Assembly (NCBI GenBank): GCA_963793425.1
Contig: CAWCAG010000007.1
Span: 32,001-96,000 of the forward strand
Length of the DNA: 64,000 nt
Direction of reading: 5' to 3'
Source: an uncultured cyanobacterium
GTDB taxonomy: Bacteria; Cyanobacteriota; Cyanobacteriia; Cyanobacteriales; CAWCAG01
The notes beneath the pieces were generated by a model. It was given only the letters and a program-made list of their open reading frames with translations, did not search any database and was not told where the DNA came from. Numbering within the stretch: the stretch's first letter is position 1; each line of letters opens with the position of its first letter. Made by a program: the position numbers and the translations under genes. Of this stretch, positions 1 through 9,295 are shown piece after piece.

Positions 1-1
1 A

Positions 2-1291
2 AAAATTCCCGTTACAAGTCCTTTATACCCTGAAGCACGAGCAGCGATCGCAGCTTGGGAACATCAATGGCAGTTAGGAAAAGAAATTATTGCCCAATTT
101 GAGAATGCCCTGAAAAACCAGAACTGGCAACAAGCAACCCAATTACTGCCTGAACTTTCTCAATTGAAGATGAAATACTGGCAAGAAGTTGGTATAGATG
201 AGTTGATGGTTAGATTGACAAAAGAAAAGTCTGCTTGGCAGCAGTTGCAAGATGCTCAGGAAATTGCTAAACCCAATACTCCTCAAGCTTTAGGAGAAGG
301 GATTGCCTTAATTGGCAAAATTGGGACTCAAACCTATGCTAAAGCTGAAGGGGAAAGAGTGCAAAGTATTTGGGGACGCAAGTTGTTAACTACGGCTGGG
401 GAACTTGTTAATCAACAAAAGTTCGTTGAGGCAATTGCTGTAGCCAGTTATATTCCTGGTGATAGTAAGCTTTACCCGGAAGCAGAAGATTGGATTGTTT
501 TAAGCCAGGCTTCCCAAGCGGCTCAGAAACAAAATATGATTACTTATTTAGATGCCTTGTCTGGTTTAGAGAAAATTGATAGTCAAAGCCCCATATATGA
601 AAAAGCTCAACAGAAAGCCTCTCAATGGCAAGGTCAATTGCAAGATAAAATGCAACTGAGACTTGCTCGTACTACCGCTCAGTTGGGTTATCAACCTAGT
701 TTAGACTTAGCAGTAGCCCAAGCCCAAAAAATAGAGCCAGGAAGCCCAGGAAGGATAGAAGCTCAAACCTGGATTGCTAAATGGGGGAAAGATTTAGCTT
801 TTATTGAAGACCGTTTTCTGTTAGCAGAAGCTAAGAAAATTGCCGTTGGGGGTAATACAGATGCTTTGAAAGGGGCTATTGCTAAGGCACAAGGAATTGT
901 GAAGGGTCGTCCTCTGCGTATTGAAGCTCAAACCTGGATTGCTTGGTGGGACAAAGAAATTAAAATTCTTGAAGATCAACCAACCCTAGATTTAGCAAAA
1001 GGATTTGCCCAAAGAGGTGAATTGGCAACAGCGATTGAAACAGTACAAAAAATTAGTTCTAACCGTCCTCTTTACCCAGAAGCCCAAAGTCTCGCGGTAC
1101 AATGGTCACAAGAGATTAAAGAGGCCCAAGACCGCGAAATCTTACAAACAGCCGCAATCTTAGCTCAACAAGGCGACCTGAAAGGGGCCATTGCCCAAGC
1201 TACAGCAATTCCAGCCAACCGCCCTCTTTATCAAGAAGCACAAATTGCGATCGCCGCTTGGAAGCTACAGCTACAGAAAGAAAAACCTTGA
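2..1291 (+). CDS. 5'-truncated helical/TPR-like repeat protein (cyanobacterial family with SPLYxEA..W repeats)
   Basis: Frame is open from base 2 (KIPVTSPLYPEARAAIAAW...) into ORF 164..1291; repeated P(L/I)Y(P/Q/E)(E/K)A...W units. Confidence 0.7.
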   Translation, partial: KIPVTSPLYPEARAAIAAWEHQWQLGKEIIAQFENALKNQNWQQATQLLPELSQLKMKYWQEVGIDELMVRLTKEKSAWQQLQDAQEIAKPNTPQALGEGIALIGKIGTQTYAKAEGERVQSIWGRKLLTTAGELVNQQKFVEAIAVASYIPGDSKLYPEAEDWIVLSQASQAAQKQNMITYLDALSGLEKIDSQSPIYEKAQQKASQWQGQLQDKMQLRLARTTAQLGYQPSLDLAVAQAQKIEPGSPGRIEAQTWIAKWGKDLAFIEDRFLLAEAKKIAVGGNTDALKGAIAKAQGIVKGRPLRIEAQTWIAWWDKEIKILEDQPTLDLAKGFAQRGELATAIETVQKISSNRPLYPEAQSLAVQWSQEIKEAQDREILQTAAILAQQGDLKGAIAQATAIPANRPLYQEAQIAIAAWKLQLQKEKP

Positions 1292-1364
1292 ATCTGTTAA
1301 TCTGTAATATCTGGGTTTTTTGCTAGTGGCTAATTGCTAGTAAGGAATAGTAATAGTACTATCA

Positions 1365-1417
1365 CTCCCCAGCTCCCCAGCTCCCCAGCTCCCCAGCTCC
1401 CTAATTCCCCAACTCCC
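1365..1417. repeat. Short tandem repeat (CTCCCCAG) x4 plus degenerate copies, STRR-like
   Basis: Read directly in the intergenic sequence. Confidence 0.9.
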
Positions 1418-1424
1418 TTCCTAA

Positions 1425-3140
1425 ATGAGCGACGATAAAATTAAACTAGTTCTCATTGATGATGATCCTGTTTTTCAGTTGGGTCTATCTGCGGCTTTCC
1501 CTGCTTATACGGACTTAGAAATTGTGGGTAGAGGGGAAGCGGCTAGGTTGGCAGAAATATTGGCTTCTTTGGGGCAGGATGTTTCTTTGGTAATTTTGTT
1601 AGCCTCTGGAGATAATTTTCCTTGGCAGTTGTGCCAAAGCGTTAAACAGGATTATCCTCACAGCAAAATTCTGTTGTTATTGACTCAAGTAAATTTAGAG
1701 TTAGTTGCTACTGCTAAAGCATCAGGAGTTAAGGGTTACTGTCTTAAAGGAATTGCGATCGCTGATTTAGTTGAGGCTATTTGTCAAGTCGCAGTAGGAG
1801 AAGAATATTGGCCAGAATCATCTACTTCTAACTCTAACCTCAACAAGTCTTTGCCCAAACCTGTACGCCCACCTCAATGGTTGTACAATATGCGCCAATC
1901 GGGGTTACAACAAATTGAAGATAGTCTCGTTCAAGTCAAAGCTTCTTTACAAAAACCCCAGTTAACTCTTCTGGATCTTTGGTATTGGCAAGGTAGGCAT
2001 CGGGAGTTAGTTACTGCACGGTGGTTGGTTAATCAGCTTTTGCCGGTGGAAGTTATTCTTGAACAAGCTAATAGTCAGAAGATTCCCAAATCCTCTTCTA
2101 GTTTGGTAATTTCTCCTAACTCTGTTATCCCAGCTCAGCAATTTTTACTCACAGAAACTTCAGATAATTTGACTACTGCTCAATTATTATTTGCTAATAC
2201 TTTAGAAAAGATTCAATCGGGAGTTAAAAATACCACAGAACAAGTTCTTGCTATAGATGTTCTCACCGAAGATAGAAAGCAGGAGTTGCTTTATTTGGTT
2301 TTACAACAGGTAGGCAAAACTCTTGAGGAATTGACCTTTCTTAAAATTGATAGAGAGCAATTATCTCAAAGAAGAGAAGCAATTCTAAGGCAAATCTGGC
2401 AATCTGTCACTACAGATTTTTTCAGTAAGTACTATATTCCTAAATCTAATCAACCAGATTATCATCTTGTAGATTTTTTGCTACGAGATGGTGCAAGTTT
2501 TCTCGCTACAAGTAAAGAAAAAGTACCTTTTGTTATTGACTTATTTGCCTATTTAGCCATAGAAACTCCTTTTATTATTGATGATATTCCCTATCCTGTA
2601 GCTGCACCTGAATCCTTAGCAAGGGCAGAAATTATTTTACACAACTTGATTATTCAAGTAGCTAACGCAGTAATGGAGCTACTTTTAAATAATTATCCAG
2701 AAGCAGAAACTATTAAATACAATCTCTATCAAAAACGCTTCTTTTCTTCGCGGGAAATTGCTCGTTTTCGCAACGACCTTTCTTGGCAATATCGTCAAGA
2801 ATACTACCTCAATCAACCCAAAGCAATATTTGAAAGTCAGTATCGGTTGTTTTATTGCAACGGTATTAGTTTAAAGAAAACCTTTATTTATGGCTCTCGT
2901 CAAAACGAACTTAACCAACTTACCGGTTTACCCTGGTTGATTACGATTATTTTAGAAATTAGAGATGCGATCGCACCTCGCGTTCGGGCCTTAGTTGGTT
3001 TAGTTGGTAACGGTGCTGTTTATTTTCTGACTCAAGTTGTTGGCAAAGCTATTGGTTTAGTTGGTCGCGGTATTATTCAAGGAGTTGGTAATAGTTTACA
3101 AGAGGCGCGTTATGGCAAAAATAGCCACAGAGGAAAGTAA
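1425..3140 (+). CDS. ycf55: Response-regulator receiver + DUF3685 protein (Ycf55-like)
   Basis: N-terminal KLVLIDDD receiver-like domain; C-terminal SSREIARFRNDLSW...PKAIFES...EIRDAIAPR typical of DUF3685/Ycf55. Confidence 0.8.
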   Translation: MSDDKIKLVLIDDDPVFQLGLSAAFPAYTDLEIVGRGEAARLAEILASLGQDVSLVILLASGDNFPWQLCQSVKQDYPHSKILLLLTQVNLELVATAKASGVKGYCLKGIAIADLVEAICQVAVGEEYWPESSTSNSNLNKSLPKPVRPPQWLYNMRQSGLQQIEDSLVQVKASLQKPQLTLLDLWYWQGRHRELVTARWLVNQLLPVEVILEQANSQKIPKSSSSLVISPNSVIPAQQFLLTETSDNLTTAQLLFANTLEKIQSGVKNTTEQVLAIDVLTEDRKQELLYLVLQQVGKTLEELTFLKIDREQLSQRREAILRQIWQSVTTDFFSKYYIPKSNQPDYHLVDFLLRDGASFLATSKEKVPFVIDLFAYLAIETPFIIDDIPYPVAAPESLARAEIILHNLIIQVANAVMELLLNNYPEAETIKYNLYQKRFFSSREIARFRNDLSWQYRQEYYLNQPKAIFESQYRLFYCNGISLKKTFIYGSRQNELNQLTGLPWLITIILEIRDAIAPRVRALVGLVGNGAVYFLTQVVGKAIGLVGRGIIQGVGNSLQEARYGKNSHRGK

Positions 3141-3255
3141 GCTACTAATCAAGAAGAATGTAAACAAATCGTAACAAACTCAATTAGACAAAGAAAAATC
3201 TTGCATACTAATCAGCGGAGCTAATTAATCAAGTCAAGTAAATAAACGAATCTTT

Positions 3256-5502
3256 ATGTCCCATCCTCTTCATGTTGCTTTTATCTGGCATCAACACCAA
3301 CCTTTATACAAATCTCGCAACGCTACCAAAGATAACTTAGGGGCGTACCGCTTGCCTTGGGTTCGTCTCCATGGGACAAAGGATTATTTAGATTTAGTTC
3401 TGATTTTGGAACGCTACCCCCAGCTACACCAAACCGTCAATCTAGTTCCTTCGTTAATTTTGCAGCTAGAAGATTATATTTCTAACCAAGCTATGGACCC
3501 TTATTTAGCCTTAGCTTTGACTCAAGAAGAAAAATTAGACCAAAATCAGCGCCAATTTATCATCCAGCATTTCTTTGATGCTAACCACCATACCCTTATT
3601 GATCCTCATCCCCGCTATGCCGAGTTGTATTACCAACGTCAAGATCATGGTTATGATTGGTGCTTGGAAAATTGGACAGCTAGAGAATATGGAGACTTAC
3701 TTGCTTGGCATAACTTAGCTTGGATTGATCCTCTCTTCTGGGATGATCCTGAAATTGCCACTTGGTTGGAACGGGGTAAAGATTTTAGTTTAAGCGATCG
3801 CCAACGCATCTATACCAAGCAAAAACAGATCCTCAGTCGCATTATTCCCCAACACAAAAAGATGCAGGATGCAGGGCAGTTGGAAGTTACAACAACTCCT
3901 TACACTCACCCCATTTTACCCCTATTAGCAGACACGAATTCTGGGCAAGTCGCTGTACCCGACATGGCTTTACCCCAGAAAAGATTTCAGTGGGAAGAAG
4001 ATATTCCTCGGCATTTGCAAAAAGCTTGGGATATGTATAAAGACAGATTTGGCAGGGAACCAAGGGGGTTATGGCCCTCGGAACAGTCTGTGAGTCCAGC
4101 CAGTTTACCTTATATTGCCCAACAGGGTTTTAAATGGATTTGTTCTGATGAAGCAGTTTTGGGATGGAGTATCAAGCACTTTTTCCATCGGGATGAAGTG
4201 GGTAATGTTTGGGAACCAGAATTACTCTATCGTCCTTATCGCTTAGAAACCCCCCAAGGTGACTTAGCTATTGTCTTTCGTGATCACCGCCTTTCTGACT
4301 TAATTGGCTTTACCTATGGTTCAATGGAACCCAACCATGCTGCCGCAGATTTAGTTGGGCATTTAGAAGCGATCGCCAGAACCTTAAAACAACACCAAAA
4401 CGACCAGCATAATGGTTTAGAACAGCCTTGGTTAGTTACCATCGCTTTAGATGGAGAAAACTGTTGGGAATATTATCAAAAAGACGGCTTACTCTTCCTC
4501 GAAGCCCTCTATAAAAAATTAAGCCAAGAAACAGATATTGAACTAGTAACCGTAGGAGAGTTTGTCGATAAATTCCCTCCCACAGAAACTATCCCAGCAG
4601 CCCAACTTCACAGTGGCTCTTGGGTAGATGGTAGCTTTACTACCTGGATTGGTGATCCTGCCAAAAATCGGGCTTGGGACTTATTAACTGAAGCAAGGCA
4701 AATGTTAGCTAATCATCCTGAAGCAACAGAAGAAAACAACCCTGAAGCCTGGGAAGCCTTATATGCAGCAGAAGGATCTGATTGGTTTTGGTGGTTCGGA
4801 GAAGGGCATTCTTCCAATCAAGATGCTATGTTTGACCAACTATTTCGGGAACACTTAGCAGGTATTTACCAAGCCTTAAATGAACCTGTACCTCCCCATG
4901 TCTACCACCAAGTAGAATCTCATCAAGTGAAAGGAAATCAACTACCAAGGAGTTTTATTCACCCTAATATAGATGGCTTAGGGGATGAACAAGATTGGAA
5001 CAACGCGGGACGGATTGAAGTTGGGGGTGCAAGGGGAACTATGCACCGCAGCAGCACTGTACAGCGGCTTTTTTATGGTTTAGATCACCTCAATTTTTAC
5101 CTACGTCTAGATTTTCAGGCAGGAGTTCAACCAGGTAAAGATATTCCCCCAGAAGTACATCTGTTATGGTTCTATGCAGGAAAAACTATGTTTAATGCCC
5201 CTGCACCTATTATGGATTTGCCAGATGTGGCTCCTTTAAATTATTTATTTCATCACCACTTGGGAATTAACCTAATCACTCAATCAAGCTGGTTTGAAGA
5301 AGCTAACGAGAATTATCAATGGCAGACTAGAGCTGGTCGAGCTTCTGTTGCTTTCAATCAATGCTTAGAATTAGAAGTACCTTGGGCAAATCTCCATATT
5401 CAACCAGACTATCCCCTCAGATTAATGGTGGTTTTAGCTGATCACAGCAAGTTTAAAAGCCATGTACCAGAAGGAGATTTAATTGCTCTGACTTGCCCTT
5501 GA
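3256..5502 (+). CDS. Glycoside hydrolase family 57 (amylopullulanase-like)
   Basis: WHQHQP, HPILPLL, GLWPSEQSVS, DGENCWE and AEGSDWFWW GH57 motifs. Confidence 0.92.
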   Translation: MSHPLHVAFIWHQHQPLYKSRNATKDNLGAYRLPWVRLHGTKDYLDLVLILERYPQLHQTVNLVPSLILQLEDYISNQAMDPYLALALTQEEKLDQNQRQFIIQHFFDANHHTLIDPHPRYAELYYQRQDHGYDWCLENWTAREYGDLLAWHNLAWIDPLFWDDPEIATWLERGKDFSLSDRQRIYTKQKQILSRIIPQHKKMQDAGQLEVTTTPYTHPILPLLADTNSGQVAVPDMALPQKRFQWEEDIPRHLQKAWDMYKDRFGREPRGLWPSEQSVSPASLPYIAQQGFKWICSDEAVLGWSIKHFFHRDEVGNVWEPELLYRPYRLETPQGDLAIVFRDHRLSDLIGFTYGSMEPNHAAADLVGHLEAIARTLKQHQNDQHNGLEQPWLVTIALDGENCWEYYQKDGLLFLEALYKKLSQETDIELVTVGEFVDKFPPTETIPAAQLHSGSWVDGSFTTWIGDPAKNRAWDLLTEARQMLANHPEATEENNPEAWEALYAAEGSDWFWWFGEGHSSNQDAMFDQLFREHLAGIYQALNEPVPPHVYHQVESHQVKGNQLPRSFIHPNIDGLGDEQDWNNAGRIEVGGARGTMHRSSTVQRLFYGLDHLNFYLRLDFQAGVQPGKDIPPEVHLLWFYAGKTMFNAPAPIMDLPDVAPLNYLFHHHLGINLITQSSWFEEANENYQWQTRAGRASVAFNQCLELEVPWANLHIQPDYPLRLMVVLADHSKFKSHVPEGDLIALTCP

Positions 5503-5734
5503 ATCAATGATGTCTACACAAGGGCAAGCCAAATAATGTAGGGGCGACCTGCTTTCTAAGTGTTGTTGAGAAACAAGGGTTTAAATTGGGTTGCCCGTTT
5601 GTTATCAATGATGGTAGCTATAGGTAAATTGGCGATCGCCTTTAGTCACAAACTTCATCAATATAGCCTGTAACCAAGGCAAGGCTATATTGATACTAAT
5701 ATCAACTAAACTACTCATTCCGAACAGTTCTACT

Positions 5735-6019
5735 ATGCTAGCTCAAGAATCTCCCAGTAATTCTACTTTTGAAATGAAATTTCATTATATTAACGGCAAA
5801 ACTCAATCTTTTCAGATTCAACGTTTTGACAGTGCAGGGCAGACTGAACAAGATATACGCCAACATCTACGCCATTTCTTCCAAGAGAATTGGTGGATGC
5901 TGAGGACACACGAACGAACTTACATGATTAATTCTGCTAATATTCTCCATGTAGAAATAACTCCTAGCATTACCAATTACCAGGGGGAAGGGTTTCTCTG
6001 TGCGGAATTGCCAACTTAA
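5735..6019 (+). CDS. Hypothetical protein (~94 aa); ATG at 5735 preferred over TTG at 5690
   Basis: Globular-looking ORF; no recognised motif. Confidence 0.6.
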   Translation: MLAQESPSNSTFEMKFHYINGKTQSFQIQRFDSAGQTEQDIRQHLRHFFQENWWMLRTHERTYMINSANILHVEITPSITNYQGEGFLCAELPT

Positions 6020-6369
6020 ATTAAAACACACAAGATAAATAAAAATTTAGCGTTAGAATGTTCTAAATTGGCTAACTCCTCAACAACTTTTTCCTGAAAA
6101 TAGTCATTAGGTGCTGGGTATCATACTAGACTGGTGTTTAGTTGCAGCAGGGAGTAGGAGTTTAAGAACTTCATTAGTAACCAGATTTGATATCAATAGA
6201 AAACAGTCATTCTCAATATTCAGGATATAAGTAAAGTTTTTTGAGTTACGTAAGCCCATTCATCAGGATTTTTTCTTCGAGGAGGTAAATTCCAACTCTG
6301 GGGAGAACAACTTCTACTCAAACTAGTGAACAATAACTATAATATATTCTCCTAGAATAAAAGTAGCTA

Positions 6370-7077
6370 ATGACAAGGTCTAACTGGCTTAGCCAAGCGA
6401 ATAATAATCAAGTTAAACAATCTCTTTATTATCAAAATAAAGCTTCCTTAATTCAGAGAAAAAAGAAATCTCATAGTGGAAGTAAACTAATCTTTTTAAC
6501 CTTCTTGGGATTTTTGATTCTTTGCTTCCATATTGCTAGCAACAACAAAGCTTTTTTATTAAAGCAAGCTGGTTATATCTCTCCTTTAGCTATGACAGGA
6601 GGAAACCCTTATATCCGTGCCTTGATGCGGACAATTTCTGTCAGTGAAGCTAAAGATTCTAGCCCCTACACTCTTCTGTATGGTGGTGAACATATTACAG
6701 ATTTAAGCCGTCATCCTGACCAATGTATTACTATTGTCTCAGGCCCTAACGAAGGTAACTGTAGTACTGCCGCAGGAAGATACCAAATTTTAACCACAAC
6801 CTGGCAAGAAAAAGTTAGTAAATATGGACAAGGAAATACTCAAATTTATGGTTTTCAACCCTTTTCTCAAGACCAAGTAGTTTATGCTTGGTTGAGTGAT
6901 CAACAAGCCTGGGGAGAAAATATTTCTGTATTACTTCAAGAAGGAAAAGTTGAAGAAGTTTTACAAATTCTCTCTGGGACTTGGACGAGTTTAGGCTATG
7001 GCATAGAAAATAATCAGCTTACCCCTTTGTTACCGGAAATATACGAACAGGTTTTAGCAGAAGAATTAGCTAAATAG
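6370..7077 (+). CDS. Lambda-type lysozyme/muramidase (GH24/GH104-like) with N-terminal transmembrane segment
   Basis: RALMRTISVSE...Y.LLYGG...DLSRHP...STAAGRYQIL..TW and W.SL motifs of the lambda R family; hydrophobic LIFLTFLGFLILCF preceded by basic residues. Confidence 0.85.
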   Translation: MTRSNWLSQANNNQVKQSLYYQNKASLIQRKKKSHSGSKLIFLTFLGFLILCFHIASNNKAFLLKQAGYISPLAMTGGNPYIRALMRTISVSEAKDSSPYTLLYGGEHITDLSRHPDQCITIVSGPNEGNCSTAAGRYQILTTTWQEKVSKYGQGNTQIYGFQPFSQDQVVYAWLSDQQAWGENISVLLQEGKVEEVLQILSGTWTSLGYGIENNQLTPLLPEIYEQVLAEELAK

Positions 7078-7108
7078 CTTGAGGAATAAGCTTTGGTCTG
7101 AATTCAGA

Positions 7109-7261
7109 TTACCCAGAGGAAAGCTTACCAATCTCTGCTACCCAGCGTCTGCGCTCAGAATGTTCCAGCATTAAGATATCATCTAAAGACCAGTGAAAGT
7201 GTAAGGCAATAAAGGCTACCTCTTGGTACAACTCATCCAAGGGGTAGCCAAAAATTCCCCC
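7109..7261 (-). CDS. Small CIS protein (DUF6760 / P2 GpE'-like) missed by the ORF track; in the -1 frame of the upstream chaperone, probably a frameshift extension (alternative TTG start at 7240)
   Basis: Manual translation: GGIFGYPLDELYQEVAFIALHFHWSLDDILMLEHSERRRWVAEIGKLSSG*; the HFHWS.D.I..L...ERRRW pattern is that of the tail-chaperone extension family. Confidence 0.8.
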   Translation of the reverse strand, partial: GGIFGYPLDELYQEVAFIALHFHWSLDDILMLEHSERRRWVAEIGKLSSG

Positions 7262-7563
7262 GACACACCCAATACCTCCTCTATTAAGTTGAGGCGTTGA
7301 TAAAAGTCTTGTAAGTAAGCAAAGTCTACTAAAAAGAGCTTTTGTAAGGTTTCTGGGGTAACAGTACTAAGCTGACCTAAAGAAGTGATTACCTGTGATA
7401 AAGCCACAAAAACCCGATCTTCTTGGTTATTAGTTTTATGGTATTTTTGGACAAAAATTTCATCTTTTCCTGTCGCAGGACGCATTTTTCCGTGGCGATG
7501 GACAACTCCTTGCTCATCTACAAAACCTTTGGGTAGAGTAAAGGAAAATTCAGTATAGGACAT
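7216..7563 (-). CDS. CIS/phage tail assembly chaperone (paralog 2)
   Basis: TEF.FTLPKG..D..G..HR.G.MR.AT..DEI and LF..DF.YLQ.FY motifs; lies after the tube genes. Confidence 0.85.
   Translation of the reverse strand: MSYTEFSFTLPKGFVDEQGVVHRHGKMRPATGKDEIFVQKYHKTNNQEDRVFVALSQVITSLGQLSTVTPETLQKLFLVDFAYLQDFYQRLNLIEEVLGVSGEFLATPWMSCTKR
7255..7280 (-). promoter_or_regulatory. Candidate programmed -1 ribosomal frameshift signal: internal SD AGGAGGT, 12-nt spacer, slippery G_GGG_GAA followed by TTTTT
   Basis: Minus strand reads AGGAGGT ATTGGGTGTGTC GGGGGAA TTTTTGGC; the -1 frame continues into ORF 7109..7261. Confidence 0.6.
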
Positions 7564-7644
7564 ATCATTTCATTTATCATTAACCATTATTGGCGCTAGC
7601 CTTGCCGTAGGCTACATTAATCATTTTCCTAATTAGATGAATCT

Positions 7645-7983
7645 TTATTCCGTATTTTCTTGCGCTTTTACTTCTTTGGGTTGCTCGTTTTCTAACTCCA
7701 AACCATTGATTTGACGGTAGAATTTTTGCAAATAGTTGAGATCACAAGCAAAAAAGCCTTCAATTATAACTGGGCTGATATCATCCAAAGCTCCCAAGCG
7801 AGTTATAACCCTGGCGAGAATTAATACTGTAGCGTAGGCAGGATTTGATTTAACGCGAGGATCGCGCATGGGGGTGATTTCATCCATCGCCCGTGAAAGA
7901 CGCATTACCCCTTTGCGGTGGAGATTTCCTTCTGTATCGATGTAACCTTTTGGTAAAGTAAAATCAAACTCAGTTTGCAGCAT
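7645..7983 (-). CDS. CIS/phage tail assembly chaperone (paralog 1)
   Basis: MLQTEFDFTLPKGY.D..G.LHRKGVMRL..A.DEI.P.RDPRV..NPAY...LARVITRLG. Confidence 0.88.
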   Translation of the reverse strand: MLQTEFDFTLPKGYIDTEGNLHRKGVMRLSRAMDEITPMRDPRVKSNPAYATVLILARVITRLGALDDISPVIIEGFFACDLNYLQKFYRQINGLELENEQPKEVKAQENTE

Positions 7984-7985
7984 TT

Positions 7986-8114
7986 ATGTCAAATCCGGTT
8001 GGGTAACATAGGTTATTAGTTAGGGTAGGGAGTAGGGAGTAGGGAGTAGGCAGCAGGATTCCGTGAGCTTTTTTCTCAGATTTCATACTAGTTGTCAATA
8101 ACCGGATTTGATAT
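7986..8114. mobile_element. MITE-like element (129 bp) with 15-bp terminal inverted repeats and internal (TAGGGAG)n
   Basis: ATGTCAAATCCGGTT (7986-8000) and AACCGGATTTGATAT (8100-8114) are complementary at 14/15; no coding capacity. Confidence 0.6.
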
Positions 8115-8164
8115 TTTGGTAATTTTTTTATTGTGAGGAAGTAGAAGAATAAGACGATTAGCTG

Positions 8165-8190
8165 TTAGCCATTAGCCATTAGCCATTAGC
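8165..8190. repeat. Heptamer tandem repeat (TTAGCCA) x3.7
   Basis: Read directly. Confidence 0.85.
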
Positions 8191-8199
8191 AAAACCAGG

Positions 8200-8685
8200 C
8201 TACTTCACCCGAATAAAATGATCCACAGCTAATTCTACTTCTTCAACCTCAAACTCATTGTTACCGGCTTTAACGTCTCCTATTTTGTAACCTACAGGCC
8301 AAGCACCTTGAAAACGGAATCTCGCCCTTTCAATTGCACCTTGGTCATAAATTGTCAAGTCCCCATCTTTCCTTTGCTTACTCCACTCTCCTTCTTCTAC
8401 GGCTTGAAACCACTTCCACATAGTTGTCGAAACCGTTAAACCTCGCTTCAGAGTAATATTCTCGCTTTTGCTGTTACCAGGAAGTTTAGTACGGACAACC
8501 TTACCGTTTTTAGCTCCACCCTTGCCCCATTTTTGGGGAGTAACCTCGCAGATTTCAATAACCTCTTGGCTACGCTTAAACCCTTGACACTCCATAAAAT
8601 AGGCATCAATAGGATTTTTCGACCCATCTAATTTTAATTCTAGGTAAAAGCGGGCGCTACTAAGGATTTCAAATTGTTCTGACAT
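8200..8685 (-). CDS. CIS tail tube protein (T4 gp19-like)
   Basis: RFYLEL...F.EC.G...KLPG...ENITLKRG...WKWF...RKDG.LTIYDQ...ARF.F.GAWP; strong SD GAGGAGG. Confidence 0.92.
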   Translation of the reverse strand: MSEQFEILSSARFYLELKLDGSKNPIDAYFMECQGFKRSQEVIEICEVTPQKWGKGGAKNGKVVRTKLPGNSKSENITLKRGLTVSTTMWKWFQAVEEGEWSKQRKDGDLTIYDQGAIERARFRFQGAWPVGYKIGDVKAGNNEFEVEEVELAVDHFIRVK

Positions 8686-8772
8686 AATTCACCTCCTCAA
8701 GGGAGACAATAAAATAGTAGAGGCGAAAGACCGATTCTTACAGAAAGTCTTCCGCCAATGCTCCGGCAAAGC

Positions 8773-9246
8773 TTACTTCACCCGGTGCAGATTTTCGTAA
8801 ACAATCTCTACAGTTTCTGTACCTAATTCCGTGGCACCTGCTTCTAACTTAGATGACTTGTAACTTGAAGGCATCGCTCCGGTAAAATTCCAACGAGCCG
8901 CTTCTTCTCCAGCTTGGTTATAAAGAATAATTGAGCCTGTTTTCCTTTCTCCTTTACTGCTTGTACCACCACCAGCAATAGGTTCGGAGTGGGAGTCCTC
9001 ATACCATTGCATCAATCTATTATCTTCAACAGTATCCACATACTCTATAGTTATTTTGCCGTTCTCTACCCCAGTAACAGTAGCCTGCATTTGGCTTTTG
9101 CCTCCCTTGGTAACACCAAAAGCTTTGCTATCACCAGCAGTTTGTAATTTAACTTCTATACCACTAACCTTTTTGACGATTAGATCATCTAAGCCATCTA
9201 GCTGAGCATAAAACTTAGAACAAGCAAGAATTTCACCAGCAGCCAT
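8773..9246 (-). CDS. CIS tail tube protein (gp19-like, divergent paralog)
   Basis: KFY..LDG...RKTGSIILYNQAGEEAARWNFTGAMPSSYK...ETVEIVYE.L.RVK. Confidence 0.88.
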   Translation of the reverse strand: MAAGEILACSKFYAQLDGLDDLIVKKVSGIEVKLQTAGDSKAFGVTKGGKSQMQATVTGVENGKITIEYVDTVEDNRLMQWYEDSHSEPIAGGGTSSKGERKTGSIILYNQAGEEAARWNFTGAMPSSYKSSKLEAGATELGTETVEIVYENLHRVK

Positions 9247-9295
9247 AGTTCAACTCCAAATTTAGTTCAATAATAATTATTTAATAGCTTTCCCA

